From NCBI GenBank assembly GCA_937625935.1, contig OW569377.1:248001-312000 (forward strand): 64,000 bases of DNA. The letters are read 5' to 3'. Of the stretch, positions 52,989-63,331 are shown in pieces. This stretch comes from Tetramitus jugosus. Taxonomy: Eukaryota > Protista > Heterolobosea. The first letter of the stretch is position 1, and each line of letters opens with the position of its first letter. The position numbers and the translations under genes were made by a program. The notes under the pieces were generated by a model, which saw only the letters and a list, made by a program, of their open reading frames with translations, made no database searches and was not told the origin of the DNA.

Positions 52989-55900
52989 TCATTGATCTGT
53001 GTCTTCCTTGTGGGAGATGAATAGGCGATGAAGGGTGTCGACGCACCTCCTCTTCACCCTGTTCACGAATGATTTCGCTTTCTTTTCCGCCATTACCTTC
53101 TTCACACCGTTCATCCTCAAACCTTTTGTTACTTGTTCCACTGCTTCATTTTCAACCCCCATCATACCAGATAGGAACTCCTTGCTTGTCTTACGATTTT
53201 CTCTCACAGAAATTTTACCATCCTTCCACACAACATTATCAAACCATATATTGATTTGCTGCTTATGGTGAATACCCAGCTTGTCAAGGTCTTTACCTAC
53301 TGACAATGCCAGTCTTCTTCGGCGCACGATGGCCCTTGGACAACGTATGAGACAGTGTTGTATCGTCTCTGGCTCTTTGAGACATAGCTCACATCTTTCC
53401 ATCACTTCATCCTTGCCATATAGACACCGCATTGTCTCTTTTGTGTGAAGAGTACCGCTGCGCACTTGAGCACAGAACCACTCCACTTGCCTGTTGATCT
53501 TGTGGGGGTACTTCAGAAAACTGAAGTCAGCTCCGCTTCGTATTGCATCAGCTTGCAGCCAGTAGAGCCTTATCCCCGAGATTCTTTCAGTTCTTTTTTG
53601 ATCCATCATTGACTGTAGCTGCTCTCGGCTCTCGATACGGGAGTCCCCCATCATGAGGGATTCTGCGTTACTGCTGGGAGGGCCCTCCCTTTGTGATTGA
53701 CACTCACAACCGTTCATTTGTGACACCATGATGTTCAGCATCTCGTGAGATCTTGTCCCGATCTTGCACCCTGGGAATTCAATTCTGATGTCCTTCAGAC
53801 TTTTGAGCTTGTTGTCCAGGACCAATTGGTCCCTGTTTGTAATACCACCAAGGAAGAGTCTTTTGAGGATAGCTGATGGCACATATCGTGCGATGTTGCA
53901 GTCATCACAGTTGTTGTAGACCCGTTCCTTCCCTAGTTTGATATTGTATCTGTGCATTCTTAGCGCACACCACTTCAGGTAAGAGTGCTTAGCGTGTTCC
54001 AGCCTGTTGCTTGACTGAAATACATTCTCTGGTTGGAATGTTTGTTTTTGCTTGATCTCCTCAAGCGTGTCAAGCAACAGCTGTTTCGCTTCGGTATCTC
54101 TCTTACCAGACACCATTGTACTGACAAACCAGGCGGTTTGCGTCGTGATAGTTTCTTCTATATCGTTCAGACCGATCGATCCATGATCACTGCTGACCGG
54201 GAGCAGCTCGGAGGGGAAGCGTTTCATTGCTACCGATCCGTGCTTGACCAGCATCCTACCCAGTCTGTTCACCTTGAGTATCCATCCATCAGTCCAATCA
54301 GTGAACTCAGACGCATACTTGAAAATAGGGTGGATACATGTATTCACTACTCTTGCCACCTGTCTGGGAGTAAGCTTCATCATTTTCAACCTAGTCACTA
54401 CTCTTTGGGACTTGTTCCACGCCTTCTCAATTTGTTGTTTTGTATTCCCCTTTAGGTTGGTGAAAAGACCCAGTGCTCGAAAGACTCGAGAACTGTCTCT
54501 CGCGGGAACAACCGTTCCATCCACCTCTATGTCATACCCTGTGTCCTTCTCCATTTGTCGCACATACAGTTCAAGCTTGTCAGGGTGCATCGACATCCGT
54601 AGTGATGATAGAACCTCCGACATCGCCTGTGCAGCACGCTCAATATCTGCCCTGGATTCGGCGAACAAATTGCAATCGTCGATGTAGGCCGCGTTCCACA
54701 ATCCTTGAGACATAGCTCGGTAACCTTGTACCTTCCTGTCAACATACATCAACACCGTTTGGTGCACTAGAATGTATGTGGTAGGTGATAAAGAGTCACC
54801 TTGCCTTGTTCCCTTTCCGATAGGGAACCTTCTTGAGACAGATCTCGTCAGAACACCAGCAAAGTTGTTCTCCACCATCCCACTCACCAATCTGACAACA
54901 TTGTCAGGGAATTCAAAGAATTCATAAATTGCCTTGATCGCGTTGTGTGGTACCGAATCAAACGCTTTAGATATGTCTGTCAAAAGCAGGAACAGTTGCT
55001 TGTTTTCCCTGTTGGCATGGTCAATGATTCCTCTTACTATGGACAGCTTCTCCCGAATGTCCCGGAACTTTCTGCCGCCACCTTGAACATTAGAGAAAAT
55101 CCCTCCGGTCTCAGCAGCAACAGAGATCCTTCTATTAATCAACTTGGTGTACAATTTCGACACAGTACTCAGGAGGCATATCGGTCTGTAGTTAGCCGGG
55201 TTCGTAGCGTCACCCTTCTTGTAAGCTGGGATAATCGTAGCTTCCTTCCACATTGCAGGAAACTTCCCCTGCTTAGTGATGTTGTTGAAAAAGCCAGCTA
55301 AAATGTCGGAGAGTTCCCATCTGTAGTCCCTCTTCTTTGTGCATGGAACTTTCAACATTTCGTTGTGTATCCCGTCTGGCCCAGGGCACTTACGATTTCT
55401 GAGCCAACCTATTGCTTTGCTGACCTCTTCTGTAGTGATGGGGGTGAAGGCCTGTTGGATCAAATCTCTGTTTCCACTGCTTCTCAGATCATCTAAGTAA
55501 GTCATATCTGCAACTGCAGGAGCAAACGCACCCTCAAAGTACTCGGCTGCCACTTCACCAACAGTGGCATCATCCATATGTTCCATTCCACCGACCTTTA
55601 CTCTTGACAACCGAACCCTAGAGCTCTTCTTCGCCGTAGATGCCGAAAAGAACGATGATGGATCAGAGAATTCTGACGTTCGAGCCTTCCACTCCCACTT
55701 TCTGAACTTTTGGTTCGCTTTGTGGACCCTTACTTGGTGGAGAGATTCGTTAACTTTTTTCAACGAACACCATACCCTTGACTCCCGAGAGCCGATAGTG
55801 TCCCATCCACACACTGATTCAACTTCGCCAGTCCACTCGCGGTTTGCCAAGAACTTAACAAGCACTTCTCTTCTATTCAACAAACGTTTGAAGGCCCTAC

Positions 55901-56813
55901 TGTTGCGCCATACTTTAACCTCACCGGCATGTTCAAACACTTTGGCCTGGTTATAAATGGAGGAAGTGATGATCCTGCATTGTTCATCCACATCCTCAAT
56001 CATGTTTGACAGGTTGTTCTCGAGAACACTGATGAGCTCCGCCCCGTACCGAAGCCACTTTGGGTCCTCCTTATTCTTTGGGAATCTGTAGACCGTTCTG
56101 TTGTGATTCAGGGAGCGCTGAGTATCGGTTCTCAGTGTTATCATTGTAGGAAAGTGATCACTGTGTACACCGTTCCTTGTAAACATTTCTATGGTGTTGA
56201 CAGCCTCACCTCCTGCTCTGTTGCACCAAACATGGTCAATCCTTGACGAGCTGCCACTTCTGTAGAATGTGTGAAACCTTTCTACACCTTTCAGCTCATT
56301 AACGTCTTGTAGGTTGTTCTCCATCAGTGCCTGTAGAAGTAATGCAGAGTTTTCATCAAGTCGCTTCTGTGACCTGTCCGACGCGACTGTTACAGCATTA
56401 TGATCACCCCCTAAAAGAAATTTACCCTCAGTTGCGAACTTGCTTACTGTCTCCCCAAACAGCTTGTAGTGTTCTCGATCCTTTTTGTGCGGGCCGTAGT
56501 GGTTTGCAACAACGAATGACTCGTTCACCGTAGTGATCTTGAGAACCTGTAGCCTGTCCCCACTGTGCATCACTCCGTACGATGGCACTGTAGTGGTTCT
56601 GATAATTGCAGCCAGATGTTTGTTGGGGACCTCACATACCAGTATGCACTGGATCCTCATCAATTTCTTGCTGATTGTTTTCAGCCAATTTTCATCTATA
56701 TTTGTGGCCTCCTGCAGCAACAGTACGTCTATTTGCTCCGACTCCAGGAAGTCTACGACATCATTGGCCTTCCCTTTGATGCCGTTGATGTTGTACCACA
56801 TCACTTTTAACAT
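52989..56813 (-). CDS. ORF2: APE endonuclease, reverse transcriptase, C-terminal CCHC zinc knuckle (1274 aa, intact)
   Basis: APE: WYNING, LLLQEA, NHYGP, GGDHN, SRIDHVW, SDHFP. RT: PGPDGI, YRPICLL, DISKAFD, QGDSLSP, YIDD. CELC...ETIQHCLIRC. Confidence 0.96.
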   Translation of the reverse strand: MLKVMWYNINGIKGKANDVVDFLESEQIDVLLLQEATNIDENWLKTISKKLMRIQCILVCEVPNKHLAAIIRTTTVPSYGVMHSGDRLQVLKITTVNESFVVANHYGPHKKDREHYKLFGETVSKFATEGKFLLGGDHNAVTVASDRSQKRLDENSALLLQALMENNLQDVNELKGVERFHTFYRSGSSSRIDHVWCNRAGGEAVNTIEMFTRNGVHSDHFPTMITLRTDTQRSLNHNRTVYRFPKNKEDPKWLRYGAELISVLENNLSNMIEDVDEQCRIITSSIYNQAKVFEHAGEVKVWRNSRAFKRLLNRREVLVKFLANREWTGEVESVCGWDTIGSRESRVWCSLKKVNESLHQVRVHKANQKFRKWEWKARTSEFSDPSSFFSASTAKKSSRVRLSRVKVGGMEHMDDATVGEVAAEYFEGAFAPAVADMTYLDDLRSSGNRDLIQQAFTPITTEEVSKAIGWLRNRKCPGPDGIHNEMLKVPCTKKRDYRWELSDILAGFFNNITKQGKFPAMWKEATIIPAYKKGDATNPANYRPICLLSTVSKLYTKLINRRISVAAETGGIFSNVQGGGRKFRDIREKLSIVRGIIDHANRENKQLFLLLTDISKAFDSVPHNAIKAIYEFFEFPDNVVRLVSGMVENNFAGVLTRSVSRRFPIGKGTRQGDSLSPTTYILVHQTVLMYVDRKVQGYRAMSQGLWNAAYIDDCNLFAESRADIERAAQAMSEVLSSLRMSMHPDKLELYVRQMEKDTGYDIEVDGTVVPARDSSRVFRALGLFTNLKGNTKQQIEKAWNKSQRVVTRLKMMKLTPRQVARVVNTCIHPIFKYASEFTDWTDGWILKVNRLGRMLVKHGSVAMKRFPSELLPVSSDHGSIGLNDIEETITTQTAWFVSTMVSGKRDTEAKQLLLDTLEEIKQKQTFQPENVFQSSNRLEHAKHSYLKWCALRMHRYNIKLGKERVYNNCDDCNIARYVPSAILKRLFLGGITNRDQLVLDNKLKSLKDIRIEFPGCKIGTRSHEMLNIMVSQMNGCECQSQREGPPSSNAESLMMGDSRIESREQLQSMMDQKRTERISGIRLYWLQADAIRSGADFSFLKYPHKINRQVEWFCAQVRSGTLHTKETMRCLYGKDEVMERCELCLKEPETIQHCLIRCPRAIVRRRRLALSVGKDLDKLGIHHKQQINIWFDNVVWKDGKISVRENRKTSKEFLSGMMGVENEAVEQVTKGLRMNGVKKVMAEKKAKSFVNRVKRRCVDTLHRLFISHKEDTDQ

Positions 56814-58112
56814 GGTGGGGTATGGTCTAACTGGGGGTGATTCACTGCATCCTTGTGAGTCGCGGGCACATTAACTATTGTTGATGCAACCTCTTTGCTG
56901 GCTTGAACCAAATCTTTCATCTGAGCCATCCTTTCGGGAGTTTTGAGGAGTGCTCTCTTCCTCGAGTTCTCCGAGAGTATTGTATTGGTTCCACGCTTGC
57001 CATTCTCTTTTCTTGGTGTTTCCTCCCTTAGTACGGCGTAATTGTAAATGAGTGCTTGGCTGTCCGAGAGAGCACGCTCTCTCCTCTTAGCTCGTCTAGC
57101 ACTAATTAAGAGCTTCTTTCGTTCTTCCATATTTTGTTCATCGGGCGGCTCACTGACATTTGGTGTCTGTGTTTGATTTTCCACGCTATTGGTAGGAGTC
57201 ACGACTGTACTATGACGTGGAAGTACCCCACCGGCTAGCATGGTCACATCGCTATTCTCTCCATTTGTTGTCATGTCCCTGTCAAGGTTATGCGGAGAAC
57301 CTTCACAGGGTACTATGGCGATAACTTCAGCTTCCATTGTTGCATCTTCCTCTCCTTTTTCTTCAGAGCCAAGGACAGTGAGTATAGTAGGTTGGATTGG
57401 GCGACTAGTTCTTTTCACTGCTTTGGCGGCCTTTTTTCCACTTTTCTTTTCCTCTATCAGACTTATTTCCATCTCCAGTTGTCTGACTCTCTTCATTAGT
57501 TCCTCCATTTGTTGTTTCAAAGTGTCAGTAGTTCTCTGAAACTTTCTCGTTAGTAGCTTCATAGGATCTTGGTTTCTTTGTATGTATGGGCTTATCTCTG
57601 CTGAAATTTGCTTATCGCCTATGACAGCTTGAGCATAAGACTGAGAGGTCATGGTTACAAACGCAGTGTTGCCCTTGACCTCAACATGTCTAACCTTTTC
57701 TTCTTCCGACCAGTTTGGCTATGTAGTCTCTTGACTTTCCCAATACCTTGTGGATGACCAACTTTTTCTCCGCGTCAACTTCTCTCTTGATGGAGGCATA
57801 GGCATTCATGATTCTTTTTGAATCATTGAAAGTTTCAACAAACTCATACAGTTTGTCGTCCTTCACATTGACCCAAGCAATGAACTGACCTTTTTCCCAC
57901 CTTCTCACATGGGCTCTGGTGACCCAACCCTTGTATCTCGTACCAATCATTCTTGCAATTGTTGGTGCCGTGTTATGACATTGTGAACCTTTGATCACCA
58001 CCTCATTTTTGTTGATGCTACTCCCAACCTTCTGTACTGTCCATACCGCATACCCTTCACGAGAGTACTCCCTAGCCTCAGCTGAGGATGGAATGTTTGC
58101 GTTTGTTTCCAT
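56807..58112 (-). pseudogene. ORF1 of the long element, split by a +1 frameshift at ~57704
   Basis: Removing one A from GGAAGAAGAAAAGG joins ...IAKLVG to EEKVRHVEVKGNTAFVTMTSQSYAQAV, collinear with the short-element ORF1 (LLGPEKVASVLKKRDTAFVVMGDETYARAV). The reconstructed protein is ~434 aa. Confidence 0.85.
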
Positions 58113-58178
58113 GTGTTTTTTTTCTGCGTTTTCCACCTCTCAGCCCGAAATTAAGGTAAATCCTTCATTTTGTATCCA

Positions 58179-58251
58179 TCCCATATAGTCTAGTTGGTTA
58201 GGATACATGGCTCTCACCCATGAGACCCGGGTTCGAGTCCCGGTATGGGAG
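58179..58251 (+). tRNA. tRNA-Glu(CTC)
   Basis: TCCCATA/TATGGGA acceptor, TAGTCTAGTTGG A-box, CATGG-CT-CTC-AC-CCATG, CCGGGTTCGAGTCCCGG, followed by TTTTT. Confidence 0.95.
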
Positions 58252-58339
58252 ATTTTTAAATTTTAGTCTTTCGGCAGTTGCTGCTCGTGTTGAAACTACG
58301 GTTGCGGATCTGAAAGTTCATCTAGAAACAGAATCAAAC

Positions 58340-61208
58340 ATGTCGAGCAAAGGAAGTAGCTCTAATAGAAAAGCAATTGTGACTGTGATCATTCTTAATG
58401 ATCTTAAGAAGAAAATACCAATCACTGCTGACATGACAGTTCAGGTTTGTGATACTTTCCCTCTCTTTTTGCCCTCACGATTCACAATACTAATCATGGT
58501 ATGATTTATAGCAACTCTTTGAAACTGTATGTGAAAAACTCAACTTGACAGATAGCGGCTACTTTTCAATTTGCGAACAATTGTTGGATGAACATGGAGC
58601 GCCTCTAGGTATGTTCAAGCAAGAGTTTGCACTCTGCTTCCATACTATAACTTTTCCCTTCTCACACGTTCTTTTTTATGAAACAACAGATCGTTTTCTT
58701 GATTTCTCTTCTACTCTGGGAGAAGAGAGAGTAAACTCTCGATCGTCTCTGGCATTCAAAGTGAAGCATGTTAAGAAACCTATTAGAATTGAAGACCCTG
58801 TAGCTGAAGACTTGATCTTTCGACAAGTCCAACAAAATATTATTCAAGAAATTTATCCTTGTCCTGAGAGAATTGCAATCTTGTTGGCTTCTTTGGAACT
58901 TCAAACACAATTTGGAGACTTTGATCCTAAAAAGCATCGAGTCGGTTATTTGAAGTAAGTGTCAACTGATTTTACAGTTCATCCTTCAGTTTTCTAACAA
59001 CAATGAAACGATCTACAGCAAAGTGGGATTATCATCCTATTTACCAAAAACGGTATCTCGTCATGATTACGCTTACTGGCAAGAGAGATTATTTGCTCTC
59101 CATGCCAGACATAGAGGACTAGATAGGAAGGCAGCCATGGCAAAGTACACTGACATAGCTCGTGAAATTCCTTACTATGGAATGAGTTTCTTCGAAGTGA
59201 AGGACGACGCTGGTCTCGAAGTTCTGTCAGCCATTGCGGAGGACGGAATTTACTTGTTTAACTCTTTCAATCTGGTATGTACCATCTTTTTTGTTGATTC
59301 ATGAATCGACCCTAACTCTTCTTTTTCAGAAACTACTCCATGCTTTGAATTTTGAAAACTTAGTCCAATGGACTAGAACATACAATGGAATAGATATCAC
59401 TTTCGAAGAGAATGACGAAGCTGTATGTAAAATATAATTAACAATGATTCATTGAGAAAACATTCTTACTTGTGTTTGATAAATGATAGCACTGTATATC
59501 CTTAATTACCACTCCTCTCAAACAGAAGGAATTCTTAGCACTTCTGGACGAGTACTACGCCCTTCTTCCTGATAAGTGGAAATCTCCGAGAACAAAACCG
59601 AATAATCCCAATCCTATCATGCTCGATGATTCCTCCATGTACGTCGAACCCCGGAAGAGAGTGTTCTTGGGTCGTTTCGGAAGTAGGTTGGAATACTTGA
59701 AAGGATACTATATGGAGAGTTGTTCCTTAGCAAAACTTCCACCAATCAGAAAGTTCTGTCAACAAATTGACACCGCGATTGACACTGAAGAGAGTGTTCA
59801 GAAATTTGATTTGTCTGATTCCAGAATAGGTGATCATAACATTGAGTTTCTCACCAAATCGATCATGAAAGCGATGGACTATGTTCCGGAAGCTGATTTC
59901 CAATGGACCGAAAACTTGGATCTACAGAGATTGGATTTATCAAAAAATAGAGTTGATGTTGGTTGTGTGGTTGTAGTCGATCTAATTTCTCATTTGAGAA
60001 CTATCAAGTCAATTGATCTTTCCTATAATTTGCTAGGAAACAAGGGAGCAATGATGTTGGCAGAAGCTATGTTGAAGTTGACAAAGGTGGAGGAGTTAAT
60101 TCTATCTCACTGCGATATTGGAAACAAAGGATCAATCTCCCTGTGTGAATCTATCAAATGGAAGAAAAGCTTGTTAGTCTTAGATCTCTCAGGCAACCGA
60201 ATTGATGAGAGAGGAATTTCTGGTTTCATCGCAAAGTATTTAGAAGAAGTTTCTAATCTATCAACTGTAGATTTATCTTACAACAAGATTGGAGTCATGG
60301 GTCTTGAAATGTTGATGAAGGCTATGAGTTTAAATCGATCTATAGAAACCTTCAAAATCAGTGGTAATGCATTCGGGAACAAAGGAGGACCTCTCATTGC
60401 TCAAATGCTTCCAATGAACCGAAGCATAAAACATCTAGTACTAAGAGATATCAAGCTCCAAAGTGATAGTTTCTACAAAATCGGGCGAGCACTCGCTAAC
60501 AACACAGATATAGAAACCATTGATTTGGAAGGAAACTTGATTGGAAAGGGAATTGATCGATTAGCAGGAAAGGAAGCGTTAATGTTTTTAACAAGGCCTC
60601 ACCATATTCAGAAGCTCATTTTGGATAATAATGGTATTGATTATCAGTTCGGTGCCATTGTTGCAGATTGTTTAAAGCAGAACAAGAGCATCAAATACTT
60701 CAGTATTGCAATGAACCAATTAGCTTTAGGAGGAACGCTGCCGGAGTCATGGCTTTCGTTGTTCCGTCAGAATATCTACATTGAGCTGATGGACTTCTCA
60801 TCTTGTGGCATCGAAAATCTATCCTCCATCTTAGGAGCATGCGAGAGTAACCCTGCTCTCAAGGTGTTAATCCTCAATGAAAATATCTCCAAAGAAGGAA
60901 ACCAAGATTTGCCATCATTCCTCTCTGCCACTGGACTGTCCAGGTTATCTATCGATGGAATAGGTCTTTCGGACAGTATTGCATGCAGTGTTTGTGACCG
61001 ATTGAAGTCCAACACCAATCTAGAATTCCTTTCCATTCGAAACAATAACTTAACTAAACATGGTTTCGAAAGGATGGCATCCAGTTTGTCAGAGAATAGA
61101 GCACTGAAAACCCTTGAGGTAGCTGGTAACAAGTATGACGAGAATGAAGCCAAAGAAATCTTCAAAACATTTATGGAGAGAACTCTCATTAACGAGGTGA
61201 TTGTTTAA
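58340..61208 (+). CDS. FERM-domain protein with C-terminal RNI-like leucine-rich repeats (about five short introns)
   Basis: FERM: IYPCPERIAILLASLELQTQFGDFDPKKH, YTDIAREIPYYGMSFFEV; LRRs IDLSYNLLGNKGAMMLAEAM etc.; GT-AG introns, e.g. 58445-58511. Confidence 0.85.
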
Positions 61209-61245
61209 ACAAGAAAGAACTGTATGAGTAAACATGAAAAATAAA

Positions 61246-62898
61246 TTACAATTTGGATTGAATTTGACTGGCCTTGCTCTCTCTCTCCTTCAGAACTCGA
61301 CGCAATACCTTGCCAGCAACAGACTTTGGCACTTCATCAATGAACTCTACTGCATGAAGCTTCTTGTAGTGAGCAACACCTTGACTGGCAAAATGAATCA
61401 GCTCATCTGAAGAAATTTGTACATTTGGCTTCAGGACAACAAAAGCCTTTGGAGCCTCTCCTGATTTAGGATGTGAGACACCAATGACTGCTGCATCAGC
61501 CACTGAAGGATGCTTGAGAATAATGGCTTCTAGCTCTGCAGGAGGCACCTGGAAGCCCTTCACCTTAATCAACTCTTTCAATCGATCAGTGACATACACA
61601 AGACCATTCTTCTGATATCCAATATCTCCAGTGTGTAGCCATCCATCTCTAATTGTGAATTTGGTGGCTTCTTGATTGTGCAAATAACCAACCATGACTT
61701 GAGGACCACGGAAGCACAATTCACCCTCAGCACCTTCTCCTAGTTCTCTGCCAGTTTCGAGACACACAACCTTCAATTCTGTGTTGGGCAAAAGTTGACC
61801 TACGGAGGCATAATCAACAGAGGTTCTTGGAGCAAGTGTCAAAACAGGAGATGACTCTGTCATTCCATAACCGTTTCTGACAATAGTATGCTTGAGTCTT
61901 GCAACAGCTTCAACAGCTAGAGTAGGTGGCAAAGGTGCAGCACCAGAAATAATTTCACGCAAGCTACTCAAATCATACTTGCCCACCATTGGATGTTTTG
62001 CCAGTGCCAAAATAATGGGAGGAACAAGTGGTGCCATGGAAATTTTGTGCTTTTGAATCAATTCCAAAAACAGTTGGAATTCAAACTTGGCCATGGTAAC
62101 AACAGTGGCACCAGCCTTCAGAGCCGTGTTGAGCACCATGATTAAGCCATAAATGTGGAACATGGGGAGCACACCCAACATGACTTCCTTGGAGTTCATT
62201 GTGTAAACACTTTCAATCTGAGCCAAGTTCATCATGACATTATGGTGAGTGAGCATGACACCCTTGGACAGTCCAGTCGTACCAGATGAATAAGGCAGGA
62301 AAGCAATATCCTTCTTTGCATCAATCTCGACGCGAATCGGAGTTTTATCAGCAGGTGGCGCCAAAAGTTCTGTAAGTGGATACATTTTGGTCGTTGCCGT
62401 CTTGAACATTTCCGCGATTTTTTCGCGGGGCGTCGTAGGCAACGGAATGAGGAAAATTCCCTCGACAGACAACTCTGACTTGCTCAAAGCTTTTTGCAAC
62501 TGAGGAAGAAACATGTCAATGGTGACAACGAATCGTGCAGCACTGTCTCTCAACTGATGCACCAACTCTGTTGTCGTATACGTTGGATTAATTGTTGTAC
62601 AAATACCACCAATATTGCTCACACCGTGCAACAAGGCAGCGTACACTGGTGTGTTGGGCAGCATGATTGCGAACACGTGACCCTTTCTGAACTGGAACTT
62701 GTCATGCAAATTTTTTCCCACACAAAAAATCAATTGTTGGAGTTGCTTGTAGGTGAATGTTTGACCGGATTGACCATCAATCAGCGCCACTTTTTCACCA
62801 TTGTCAATCGCAGAGGGAGAAAGCTTGGAAAAGACGTACTCGGTGACACCCATGTTGGTTGGAACTTGGACGTTTGGGAATGGACTTTGGATGATCAT
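61246..62898 (-). CDS. Peroxisomal 4-coumarate-CoA ligase-like acyl-activating enzyme (luciferase-like)
   Basis: YSSGTTGLSKG AMP-binding motif, GYGMTE, GWLHTGD, DRLKELIKVKGFQVPPAELE; C-terminal SKL (PTS1). Confidence 0.92.
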   Translation of the reverse strand: MIIQSPFPNVQVPTNMGVTEYVFSKLSPSAIDNGEKVALIDGQSGQTFTYKQLQQLIFCVGKNLHDKFQFRKGHVFAIMLPNTPVYAALLHGVSNIGGICTTINPTYTTTELVHQLRDSAARFVVTIDMFLPQLQKALSKSELSVEGIFLIPLPTTPREKIAEMFKTATTKMYPLTELLAPPADKTPIRVEIDAKKDIAFLPYSSGTTGLSKGVMLTHHNVMMNLAQIESVYTMNSKEVMLGVLPMFHIYGLIMVLNTALKAGATVVTMAKFEFQLFLELIQKHKISMAPLVPPIILALAKHPMVGKYDLSSLREIISGAAPLPPTLAVEAVARLKHTIVRNGYGMTESSPVLTLAPRTSVDYASVGQLLPNTELKVVCLETGRELGEGAEGELCFRGPQVMVGYLHNQEATKFTIRDGWLHTGDIGYQKNGLVYVTDRLKELIKVKGFQVPPAELEAIILKHPSVADAAVIGVSHPKSGEAPKAFVVLKPNVQISSDELIHFASQGVAHYKKLHAVEFIDEVPKSVAGKVLRRVLKERESKASQIQSKL

Positions 62899-63331
62899 GA
62901 TGTTACAGTAAAAGCTTTGGATAGATATATTGGTAATGAGAGGGTATGAGAGCTTCGATGAATGCTTTTGGTGTTGGGGATGGTGTGTTCAGTTTGTTGT
63001 TTTGTCGACGTCCAGTTCACATGGAAAATTTCAATTTGATTGATAGGGTGAGCGGTAAATAGGAGGATTCATCGAAAGTCCGAAAGAGCGGATTGACTAC
63101 TGTACTCATTATCAGTGTCTGGATCTATCGATCATTATGTTTGTTTCTGGTGGGAAATTGCACTGAAGGCATGGTTTAAGGATGGCAAGGTGAAGACCCA
63201 AACTTCCTAAGAAACCCCACACTTTACAAAAACTTTCTTGTTCCCCTTAGTCAAGAAAAGACTGGAAGACACCGTTTGGCACAAGAAAAAGACAAACAAG
63301 GAAGGGACAGGTGTTTGTGACACAAAAGACA

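Larger units (their letters stand above)
52849..58136 (-). mobile_element. Full-length APE-type non-LTR retrotransposon (L1/Tx1-like architecture), upstream of tRNA-Glu
   Basis: T24 tail at 52849-52872, ORF1 + ORF2, and a 5' terminal motif shared with the short elements. TSD CACCTCTCAGCCCGA at 51501-51515 and 58134-58148 brackets the short+long tandem. Confidence 0.95.

Noticed and set aside
52989-56813. RT as a prokaryotic retron/DGR/group II intron or an LTR element
   Set aside because: N-terminal APE, C-terminal CCHC, poly(A) tail, variable-length TSD, and no LTRs or integrase identify a eukaryotic non-LTR element.
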